A stretch of 10,698 nt of DNA from a candidate division WOR-3 bacterium (GTDB lineage: Bacteria; Hydrothermota; Tepidihabitantia; SM23-42; JAOAFX01), in assembly GCA_039802265.1 (NCBI GenBank), contig JBDRWI010000069.1, forward strand, positions 1-10,698, in the 5' to 3' direction. Below, one piece after another: positions 1-7,426 of this stretch. Within the stretch, counting starts at the first letter, position 1; each line of letters begins with the position of its first letter. The position numbers and the translations under genes were made by a program. The notes below the pieces were generated by a model. That model had not been told where the DNA came from. It did no database searches and saw only the letters and a list, made by a program, of their open reading frames with translations.

Positions 1-517
1 TCGTGACCACAAGTTCGCTGTCTGCAAAAGGATAATAATATCTGATACCACTGTTTACCTCACAAACAATATGGGCACGGCTCACATTATCAACAGCAAT
101 TCCATAATGAAAGGTGCTCAGTGAACCAGTTTTAAACAAGGTGTCGGCAGTTGTAAACGAACCACCGATATTATTCGTATATACAGGCCAGCCATAGGTA
201 CCTCCGGTCACCCGGTAAAGAATATGCAGACACCGGTTCTTATCCAATGCTGATGAAACACGGCAGTTATAATTTATGTTGTTTTCAGCACTGAATGGAA
301 CTGAATCAAGATACCAAGAACCACCTGTATTCTGGATAAATCTAACAACATCACGTCCACCAGATGAATTGCCGACAATATATGCATTGCCAGCCTCGTC
401 AACACTAATGGTCGGCTTGTCAGCGTTGTAGACATCAATATCCTCAATTGTGAAGTTCAAGGAAAACAGATATATTGGCACAAATAGTATGAAAACAAAA
501 TTGAATTTTCTTTTCAT
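1..517 (-). CDS. Secreted protein with beta-propeller-like repeats (partial; runs off the left edge)
   Basis: Manual translation: ATG at 517, SD AGGAG at 527-523, open for 172 codons to the edge. It begins MKRKFNFVFILFVPIYLFS (signal-peptide-like). Three similar motifs follow: ISVDEAGNAYIV, SALDKNRCLHIL, IAVDNVSRAHIV. Absent from the ORF track because no stop codon lies in the window. Confidence 0.85.
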   Translation of the reverse strand, partial: MKRKFNFVFILFVPIYLFSLNFTIEDIDVYNADKPTISVDEAGNAYIVGNSSGGRDVVRFIQNTGGSWYLDSVPFSAENNINYNCRVSSALDKNRCLHILYRVTGGTYGWPVYTNNIGGSFTTADTLFKTGSLSTFHYGIAVDNVSRAHIVCEVNSGIRYYYPFADSELVVT

Positions 518-534
518 AATCACTCCTTTTTATA

Positions 535-562
535 ATTATATTCAAACCTTCCAATAAATCAA
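535..562 (-). promoter_or_regulatory. Putative sigma70 promoter of the secreted protein gene
   Basis: TTGATT (562-557), 16 bp, TATAAT (540-535), followed closely by AAAAGGAGTGATT-ATG. Confidence 0.55.
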
Positions 563-730
563 TAACAGTATCAGACAGTTGCTTTCCCAGATATTCAATT
601 ATTCTTTTTTGCAAAGCACTCAATATTTCCAATTATATTCATCTCCAGACCAGTAATAATTCCAGATTAGAGCCTCGGCTAACAGAATATCCTATATTTT
701 TTTTCCTTCCATGAATAATTTTATCAAAAA

Positions 731-2473
731 TTAAGGAGAGGATTCAAATCCCAGTTTTTTCAAAATTTCTTTTGTTTCTGTATCATCTTTATCATAACCA
801 TACCAGGCATTAACTACTTTGCCATCACGGTCAATTATATAATTAAGGGGCACAGCGGAAAATCCCTTTAGCGTATTATACTTGTTATTGTAAATTTTCC
901 AACCATATTCATTCGCCTCAAGAATATTGGGAAATGTAACATTATGCGTCTTTAATAAATCTGCGATTATGTTCTTATCATCAGCAACATTGAAACCAAT
1001 GACTACCAATCCTTTATCCTGATATTTTTCATATAATTTTTGTAAATAAGGAATTTCTTCACGGCAGGGTGGACAACCAACGCGCCAGAATACAAGCCAG
1101 ACAACTTTTCCACGATAGTCAGATAGCCTGATTTTCTTCCCATCAATTGTAGAACATTCAAAATCCGGTGCCTCAGTACCTGGTTTTAATAGCCCCTCTT
1201 CCAGAGCAGGTAGAACAAACTCTTTCCAGCCCTGCGGCGGCTTCCAGGTAAATTTTTCATCAGCAATTTCTAAATTTAACCTGGTATTGGTCCAGGTTTC
1301 GAAGGTAATCAAGGTTTTTGATACCCGGGTGATTTCAAGCATCTTTTTGGGAAGAAAATCATTGTTTGAAATCCAGTAGCATTTACTCCGTTGATTCTTC
1401 ATATAACTTACCTCAATCACAATACATTCTTCATTATTTACTATCACTGTATCAAGAATCCTTACACCATCAAGGTATTCGTCAAGTGATTCAGGGCATC
1501 TATGGAATTTGCTGGGTTGAAAGACCGAAAGAATTGAACCTAAGTAGGTAAGCTGGTGCCAAATAGAATGTCTACCTGGAGGCGCATTAAGTCTCATATA
1601 ACTATTAGTGCGCGTAAGTGAATACTCATTGGGATTCTCGCCACCGATATACGGTCTTCCTTTGGGCCAGTATATCCAGAAGTTTTCACCATCGCCAACA
1701 AGGATGCCTGTAATCTTTCCTTCTCTTTTATATTCAACCCTTGCGTAATTTGGTTTCTTCAACCAGACAAGGAGAGTGCATTCCCGTTCATAATTGCCCG
1801 AAATCAAGTATAGAGCAGACTCATAATACATTGTGTTCGCATTCTGAATGGTTTGTAGCATTTTTTCATAAATTGCTTGTGCTTCCGGTTCATTTTTGAA
1901 ATTGGTATCGGCCTCTATCTTTGCCGGACTCACATCAACAAACTTTTGTTGAATTGTTGCCTCCATCGCCTCTTTGTATACGGTCTCCAAGTTATAGGCA
2001 TTCTCTTCTTTCAGGGCAATACGGATTGTATCACCTAAATTTGCCTCAAATGGAATGCACCAGCAAATCGGTTTGTTTTCTTTATTTACGGTCTTTGTTG
2101 CAAGCCAGTATTTTGCATTAGGTTCGTTTGAACCCATCTGAGGACCTTTATCATTTCTGGTTAAGACATAGGTCTTAAAACCGGAGACCTTTTCAAATAT
2201 CTTATTCCAGGAGTATTGCATCTGATATGTAATTTTCTTTTCTTTTTCTCTTTCATCCTTCTCATTCTCAAGCATTGCCTTGTATCCCGCTTGTGACTTC
2301 ATTATATTCTCTCTATAGATCTCTTCTGGATTCTCTTCAAACAAAGCCCACTGAATTACCTCGGGTTTTATTTTTTTAATGTCAATCTTCAAATAAAGTC
2401 CCCATACTCTGGGAGCTACAACATCTCCATCCTTACTATGAGAAAATTCAGGTGGAATCAGGATTGATAGCAC
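731..2473 (-). CDS. Secreted multidomain redoxin: unknown N-terminal domain + LolA/DUF2092-like domain + C-terminal TlpA/ResA-like thioredoxin domain (true start may be ATC at 2515)
   Basis: The C-terminus has G-x-x-APDF...DGKKIRLSDYRGKVVWLVFWRVGCPPCREEIP...VPLNYIIDRDGKV, typical of TlpA-like redoxins with CxxC. The middle part (LKKPNYARVE...VGDGENFWIYWP...IADEKFTWKPPQG) resembles the LolA-like fold signature. Confidence 0.85.
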   Translation of the reverse strand: MLSILIPPEFSHSKDGDVVAPRVWGLYLKIDIKKIKPEVIQWALFEENPEEIYRENIMKSQAGYKAMLENEKDEREKEKKITYQMQYSWNKIFEKVSGFKTYVLTRNDKGPQMGSNEPNAKYWLATKTVNKENKPICWCIPFEANLGDTIRIALKEENAYNLETVYKEAMEATIQQKFVDVSPAKIEADTNFKNEPEAQAIYEKMLQTIQNANTMYYESALYLISGNYERECTLLVWLKKPNYARVEYKREGKITGILVGDGENFWIYWPKGRPYIGGENPNEYSLTRTNSYMRLNAPPGRHSIWHQLTYLGSILSVFQPSKFHRCPESLDEYLDGVRILDTVIVNNEECIVIEVSYMKNQRSKCYWISNNDFLPKKMLEITRVSKTLITFETWTNTRLNLEIADEKFTWKPPQGWKEFVLPALEEGLLKPGTEAPDFECSTIDGKKIRLSDYRGKVVWLVFWRVGCPPCREEIPYLQKLYEKYQDKGLVVIGFNVADDKNIIADLLKTHNVTFPNILEANEYGWKIYNNKYNTLKGFSAVPLNYIIDRDGKVVNAWYGYDKDDTETKEILKKLGFESSP

Positions 2474-2718
2474 AAAAAAGATGATGATTACTTTAATTTT
2501 GGGTAGGGTGGGGATCGTTCCTCCTTTTATTTAAATTGAATCATGGTTATCTAACTTCCTTTGCCTCAATAATAGCCTTTGCAAAATCATCGGGGGTTAA
2601 CCTCTTTTTCTTCATCCTGAAAATAGCCAACTCTTGCCAGGGTATGAAATATCAGCATTGAATCCTGCCCCGGCAATTTGGCAAGTTTCAAAAGGTACAT
2701 ATTAAATAAAATTTTGTT

Positions 2719-2747
2719 ATTATAATTAATTTAGCAGACTCTGTCAA
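2719..2747 (-). promoter_or_regulatory. Consensus sigma70 promoter facing the redoxin gene
   Basis: TTGACA (2747-2742), 17 bp, TATAAT (2724-2719): a perfect consensus. Confidence 0.75.
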
Positions 2748-2770
2748 TGAAACTGAGTAAAATAAAAAAG

Positions 2771-2798
2771 TTGACACCGAGTAAAATCTAATTATACT
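2771..2798 (+). promoter_or_regulatory. sigma70 promoter of comF, divergent from the previous promoter
   Basis: TTGACA (2771-2776), 16 bp, TATACT (2793-2798). Confidence 0.7.
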
Positions 2799-2810
2799 GC
2801 ATTGGTAAGT

Positions 2811-3545
2811 ATGAAGGAGTTAGAAATTAAAAAATTTATCTCACTTGTCAAAAAGCCATTTGCCTATTTTATTGACTTCCTCTTGCCCAATAGTTGCATT
2901 AACTGTGGTAAGGAGATTGACCATGAACTCATCTGCCACAATTGCCTTGAACTTCTCAGTTATCCGCGCTCACCCCTATGTCCCCATTGCGGAAGGCCGA
3001 TTGATAAAACCAAGACCTGTATTTTTTGTAAAGATGAAAAAAACCTTGATTATGGAAGGGCATTTTTATTATATCTCCCGCCAGTTGATAAAATGATCCA
3101 CCATCTTAAATACCGGGGCAAGCCAAAACTGGCAAAATTCTTTGGTCTGGGCATGGCAACTGTATTAAAATCTGATTTCTATCTTAAAGAGGCTGATTTT
3201 CTTGTGTCTGTCCCACTTTTCTGGTGGAAGAAGGCACGACGAACCTATAATCAGGCTGAATTACTATCGGTGATTGTTCATCAGGAAACATCAATACCAT
3301 TTGTTGATGCCCTGAAGAGAGTCAAAAATACCCGAACCCAGACCCGTCTTGACCAAGAGAAAAGGCTCAAAAATGTCAATAATGCCTTTAGATTAAAAAA
3401 CGGAATTGAAGTAAAAGATAAAACTATAATTCTGATAGATGATGTAATGACTACCGGTGCAACGATAAAGGAATGTGCCAAGGTATTGAAGGCTGCTGGG
3501 GCGGAAAAAGTCTATTCACTTGTTGCCGCAATCACAACGGATTAA
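2811..3545 (+). CDS. comF: ComF family competence protein (double zinc ribbon + phosphoribosyltransferase domain)
   Basis: Four CxxC pairs (CINC, CHNC, CPHC, CIFC), LKY motif, RxYNQAE and the PRPP-binding loop IILIDDVMTTGAT. ATG 2811 is preferred because the track's TTG 2802 lies only 3 nt after the -10 box. Confidence 0.93.
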   Translation: MKELEIKKFISLVKKPFAYFIDFLLPNSCINCGKEIDHELICHNCLELLSYPRSPLCPHCGRPIDKTKTCIFCKDEKNLDYGRAFLLYLPPVDKMIHHLKYRGKPKLAKFFGLGMATVLKSDFYLKEADFLVSVPLFWWKKARRTYNQAELLSVIVHQETSIPFVDALKRVKNTRTQTRLDQEKRLKNVNNAFRLKNGIEVKDKTIILIDDVMTTGATIKECAKVLKAAGAEKVYSLVAAITTD

Positions 3546-3563
3546 ATTTTTACATTATGTTCA

Positions 3564-3592
3564 TTGACATTCACTCTAAAATTAGATAGAAT
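3564..3592 (+). promoter_or_regulatory. sigma70 promoter of the ubiA-family/uppP operon (leaderless arrangement)
   Basis: TTGACA (3564-3569), 17 bp, TAGAAT (3587-3592), then 5 nt to GTG 3598; no SD. Confidence 0.7.
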
Positions 3593-3597
3593 AACTT

Positions 3598-4392
3598 GTG
3601 GGTTTTCTTTCTATTATCAGACCGCTAAATTGTGTCATTACTTTCTTTTCTGTGCTCTGTGGTGCCTGGATAGGCAAGGAGATATTCTTTAATAACAAAA
3701 TTCTTTTTGCTGGCATTGCAGGCTCCCTGGTTTGTGCCTATGGTAATATTATCAACGACATAATGGATATTGAAATTGACCGTATCAATAATCCAAAAAG
3801 GGCACTTGCATCTGGTAGAATCAAAAAAAATACAGCACTATCAATGGGAATTTTATTTATCATTATTTCGTTAATAATTTCATCTTTTCTTGGATTTAAA
3901 CCCCTTCTTCTTGTTGTTATCGCCATTTTGCTTCTCTTTTTTTATTCATTTTATTTCAAAAAAACACCCGTGGCTAATTTCGTCGTCGCAATAATTGCGG
4001 GATTAAGTTTTATCTTGGGCGGTTTCATTACCGATAATATCCTTTCTTTGATTCCTGCATTCTTTGCATTACTAATACATACCCCAAGGGAAATTATTAA
4101 GGATATTTCAGATATAGAGGGCGACCGCAAGTTTGGTGTAGTATCATTGCCTATTATCTATGGAGAAGAAAAAGCCCGGCAAATTGCGGCAATTTTACTT
4201 GTCATCCTGGCATCTGCATCACCGATCCCATATATACTTGGTTTTTTGAATATCAAGTATCTTCTTGCTGTTCTCATCGCTGCTGTCCCCTTGATTATAG
4301 TCACAATAGCAAAACTCCATAACGCCCGACTCGCTGGTAATCTGCTGAAACTAATTATGTTGGTTGGTCTTGGGGCATTCATTATTGGATGA
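3598..4392 (+). CDS. UbiA-family prenyltransferase, digeranylgeranylglyceryl phosphate (DGGGP) synthase-like
   Basis: IRPLNC start, first Asp-rich motif NDIMDIEIDRINNPKRALASGRI, second motif REIIKDISDIEGD, multiple TM helices. The REIxKDxxDxEGD form matches the DGGGPS-like subgroup. Confidence 0.88.
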   Translation: MGFLSIIRPLNCVITFFSVLCGAWIGKEIFFNNKILFAGIAGSLVCAYGNIINDIMDIEIDRINNPKRALASGRIKKNTALSMGILFIIISLIISSFLGFKPLLLVVIAILLLFFYSFYFKKTPVANFVVAIIAGLSFILGGFITDNILSLIPAFFALLIHTPREIIKDISDIEGDRKFGVVSLPIIYGEEKARQIAAILLVILASASPIPYILGFLNIKYLLAVLIAAVPLIIVTIAKLHNARLAGNLLKLIMLVGLGAFIIG

Positions 4393-5141
4393 TTAAGATT
4401 ATAATTTTAGGAATAGTCCAGGGATTGACCGAATTTCTACCCATTTCCAGTTCCGGGCATCTTTCAATACTGGAAAATTACCTTGGTATTACCAAACCGG
4501 TGTCGGTGACTGCATTCTTACATCTGGGGACATTTTTTGCAACCCTTTTATTCTTTAGAGAAGATATTATTAAAATCATCGCTGGTTTATTCAAAAGAGA
4601 GACAAAGTCTTTAAGATATACTTTATATATTATAATGGGCAATATTCCAATTGTGGTATTCGCATTATTGTTCAGGAATTTTATTGAATCAACATTTACC
4701 GAGATAAGAATTGCGGTAGTATTCCTGGGGATTACCGGAATTATTGTATTGCTTACCTCCATAATAAAAAAGTGTGATAAACAAATCTCACTGATTAGAG
4801 CTTTAATTGTTGGCGTTGGCCAGATGTTTGCGGTCTTTCCTGGATTATCGCGTTCGGGCCTTACTATCGCTACAGGGCTATTTACAGGATTAAACCCAGA
4901 AGAGGCGTTTCGCTTCTCCTTCTTGTTATCCCTGCCTGCGGTTCTGGGTGCAAATCTGATTGAATTAAGAGAAATCACAAATCTTCCCAATGCTGTAGAA
5001 ATTTTTGTCGGTATGTTTATAAGTTTAGTCAGCGGTTACATTGCCTTAAAAATTCTACGCGTGTTGGTTCAAAAATGGTTCCATCTCTTTGGGATTTATT
5101 GCCTTCTCTTAAGTGTATTATTTCTTTTTATTAATTTTTAA
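4389..5141 (+). CDS. uppP: Undecaprenyl-diphosphate phosphatase (UppP/BacA)
   Basis: Signature motifs GIVQGLTEFLPISSSGH, PGLSRSG and AFRFSFLLSLPA; ATGA overlap with the upstream gene. Confidence 0.96.
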   Translation: MIKIIILGIVQGLTEFLPISSSGHLSILENYLGITKPVSVTAFLHLGTFFATLLFFREDIIKIIAGLFKRETKSLRYTLYIIMGNIPIVVFALLFRNFIESTFTEIRIAVVFLGITGIIVLLTSIIKKCDKQISLIRALIVGVGQMFAVFPGLSRSGLTIATGLFTGLNPEEAFRFSFLLSLPAVLGANLIELREITNLPNAVEIFVGMFISLVSGYIALKILRVLVQKWFHLFGIYCLLLSVLFLFINF

Positions 5142-5147
5142 CAATTC

Positions 5148-5176
5148 CGTCCAAGTGCTGTTGGATGCTACTTTTT
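5148..5176 (+). terminator. Possible weak intrinsic terminator after uppP
   Basis: Stem CGTCCAA (5148-5154)/TTGGATG (5161-5167) with one G·U, a 6-nt loop, then CTACTTTTT. Confidence 0.3.
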
Positions 5177-5207
5177 AAATATCTGGTATTTTTAAAAGAC
5201 TTATGGT

Positions 5208-5471
5208 AAGCAAAAAGGGATAGAAGGCTAAACAGGCTCAACATGGCAGGATATGATAAACGGTTTAGGTTTTGGTTTGGAAACGAGATTAGTCTATTGG
5301 CTGTCGTTTGCTGGTTACTAAGTCCAATAACTAAACCATATCGCATTTCTAAACCGAAACCGATGGCAAATTTCTTTCTTACTGATGTTAGTGATTTCCA
5401 TTTTTGCCTTCTTGCCATTTTGCCATCTCTTACTTCTTGAGCCTTTTTGAGCCATTTTAACCCTTTTGTTT
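5208..5471 (+). repeat. Non-coding nested inverted-repeat element; candidate structured RNA
   Basis: Outer stem 5208-5241 pairs with 5437-5471. An internal 16-bp stem 5268-5283 pairs with 5346-5361 and extends inward (5290-5302 with 5321-5333). A perfect 9-bp stem 5362-5370 pairs with 5419-5427. Confidence 0.8.
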
Positions 5472-5491
5472 GATATATCTGAGGAGGTTAT

Positions 5492-5977
5492 ATGTTCAGA
5501 GCGCTTGTTGGTTACTATTCACGGACAGGCAATACAAAAAAGATGGCACAGGCAATTGCCATCGGGATAAAAAAAGAAGGATTGTCCGTGGACCTGTTCC
5601 CATTAAATAAAATAAAACCCAAAGACCTGCTAAAATACGAATTGATTGTCCTGGGTTCACCTACCTATTACGGATTGATGGCCGGTGAGATGAAGAGATT
5701 TATTGACGAGACGGTAAGATATCACGGTAAACTATCAGGAAAAGTAGGTGGTGCATTTACTTCAAGTGGTGGAATTGCTGGTGGCGGAGAAACAACAATC
5801 TTAAGTATTCTTTACGCCTTTTTAATCCATGGAATGATCATTGTCGGTGAAGCCGATTCCTATCACTATGGTCAGGTGAGCATCGGTAAACCCGATAAAA
5901 GAATAATTGTGAGTTGTGAACTTTATGGTCATAAACTGGCACGGTTGACAAAAATAATTTTTGGCAATCGAAACTAA
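5492..5977 (+). CDS. Flavodoxin-domain protein, WrbA-like / NAD(P)H-dependent FMN oxidoreductase
   Basis: YYSRTGNTKKMA FMN phosphate loop, LGSPTYYG, GKVGGAFTSSGGIAGGGETT; strong SD GAGGAGG at 5481-5487. Confidence 0.9.
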   Translation: MFRALVGYYSRTGNTKKMAQAIAIGIKKEGLSVDLFPLNKIKPKDLLKYELIVLGSPTYYGLMAGEMKRFIDETVRYHGKLSGKVGGAFTSSGGIAGGGETTILSILYAFLIHGMIIVGEADSYHYGQVSIGKPDKRIIVSCELYGHKLARLTKIIFGNRN

Positions 5978-6001
5978 TCTGTTGATTTATTCTTACCTGA
6001 T

Positions 6002-7426
6002 TTAATCAAACTTGAAGAATTGAGTAAAATTGAATTCAAAACCTTCGGGGTAGTATTCTCCCCTTTCTTTATTCAATATATACTTTCCTTTGTATTTTTT
6101 TTCAATTATTATTTTGAGCATTTTTATTAAGTGGTCTATCTCCTCTTTTGTATTATAAATACCGAAACTTATTCTTACCGCACCAGGAACCAAAGAACGG
6201 TCGCGATTGATAATCATCTTTTCAATCTCTTTAGCCTCAGATGGTGATACACCGAGCAGGCACTTGACATAGGGATGAGCACAGAAGCAGCCATTACGCA
6301 CACCAATTCCACCTTCATAACTCAATATTGCCGAAACAAGTGCATGGTGCATACCCTTCACATTGAATGCAATCACACCGAGTCTGTTTCGGGCGTTGTT
6401 GGGATTTTGGTCTCCATAGATAATTATCTCTGGCAGTTTATTCAGCTCCGTTAACGCATAGGCAGTTAGGCTACTTTCGTGTTCGATTATCGACTCAAAG
6501 CCAATTTTTTTAATCAACTTTATCGCCTGGGCAAGTGCTACGACACCTATAATATCTGGTGTCCCTGCTTCTTCCCTTTCCGGCAGGTCTTTCCAATAGG
6601 CACTTTCCAGGTCCACTATATCGGCAGTACCCCCGCCCACATCATCGGGTGTCCCAATCTGGAATAATGCCTTATCACCTACCAGGACCCCAATCCCGTA
6701 AGGAGCGTACATCTTGTGTGCGGAAAAAGATAGATAATCAATATGAGAGGGATCACCTTTTGGCTTTATGTCAATCGGCCGATGCGGTGCAAGTTGTGCT
6801 GCGTCAACCGCAATCTGGGCACCCACCTCGTGAACTCTTTGAGCAAACTCATAGATTGGATTTATATAACCAGTTACATTGGATGCACCACTGATAGCAA
6901 CGAGTTGAACTCTTCCCTTGTATTCCTTTAGTTTGGTATAAAAATCGTTTTTGTCTATCGTACCATCAGGTTTTAAACCAATATGAATGACTTGCGCTAC
7001 CTTGCGCCAGGGTAGCTCATTTGAGTGGTGCTCCATAATCGTAGTAAGAACAACGGGTTTTTCTCTTCCCAGTGCTGGGCACTGAAGACGACTGGCGAGT
7101 TTATTTATTGCCTCCGTAGTATTTTTACAAAATATTACACAGCAATGCTCATCAGCCTTAACAAAATCGGCGATAATCTTTCTTGCCTCTTCAAAAACCC
7201 AGGATGAAAGTTGTGATTTAAATCCTGTACCACGATGGACATTCGAATACCATCTCAAGAATTCACCAATTTTTTTCTGGACCGGTAAAAGTGCCGGGGT
7301 GCTCGCAGCATTGTCAAAATTTATATATCTTCTCTTTGAACCATCAAGCAATACCACCTCTTCATCAATCCCAATAATCTTTTGGGCAAGTGCTTTCAAT
7401 GTTAGCCTATAATTTCTGCCAGACAT
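6002..7426 (-). CDS. Aminotransferase class V PLP enzyme, cysteine desulfurase (SufS/CsdA)-like
   Basis: [34 protein letters not shown] (PLP lysine), [14 protein letters not shown]. The start is uncertain: ATG 7426 (GGAG upstream, 20-bp overlap with comM) or TTG 7399, rather than the track's 7462. Confidence 0.9.
   Translation of the reverse strand: MSGRNYRLTLKALAQKIIGIDEEVVLLDGSKRRYINFDNAASTPALLPVQKKIGEFLRWYSNVHRGTGFKSQLSSWVFEEARKIIADFVKADEHCCVIFCKNTTEAINKLASRLQCPALGREKPVVLTTIMEHHSNELPWRKVAQVIHIGLKPDGTIDKNDFYTKLKEYKGRVQLVAISGASNVTGYINPIYEFAQRVHEVGAQIAVDAAQLAPHRPIDIKPKGDPSHIDYLSFSAHKMYAPYGIGVLVGDKALFQIGTPDDVGGGTADIVDLESAYWKDLPEREEAGTPDIIGVVALAQAIKLIKKIGFESIIEHESSLTAYALTELNKLPEIIIYGDQNPNNARNRLGVIAFNVKGMHHALVSAILSYEGGIGVRNGCFCAHPYVKCLLGVSPSEAKEIEKMIINRDRSLVPGAVRISFGIYNTKEEIDHLIKMLKIIIEKKYKGKYILNKERGEYYPEGFEFNFTQFFKFD

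Noticed and set aside
444..632. 62-aa ORF as an intact gene
   Set aside because: Its 3' part overlaps the promoter, SD and start of the better-supported gene at 517 in another frame; at most the N-terminus is a remnant.
1366..4990. Short ORFs 1366..1551, 1921..2121, 2845..3096, 3281..3481, 3738..3926, 4158..4382, 4478..4990
   Set aside because: Antisense or alternate-frame shadows inside well-supported genes, with no motifs.
5171..5198. AT-rich hairpin CTTTTTAAATA...TATTTTTAAAAG
   Set aside because: Almost all A-T pairs in AT-rich DNA; too weak to call as a separate feature.
5131..5440. ORFs 5131..5418 (-, 95 aa) and 5243..5440 (+, 65 aa)
   Set aside because: No recognisable motifs; they overlay the inverted-repeat element, whose structure explains the sequence better.
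5208..5471. CRISPR array, tRNA or known riboswitch interpretation of the repeat region
   Set aside because: Repeats are only 4-9 nt, lack unique spacers and have no cas genes nearby; no cloverleaf/T-loop or recognisable FMN, SAM or TPP consensus.
5978..6001. Bidirectional terminator between the convergent flavodoxin and desulfurase genes
   Set aside because: No convincing stem-loop in the 24-nt gap.
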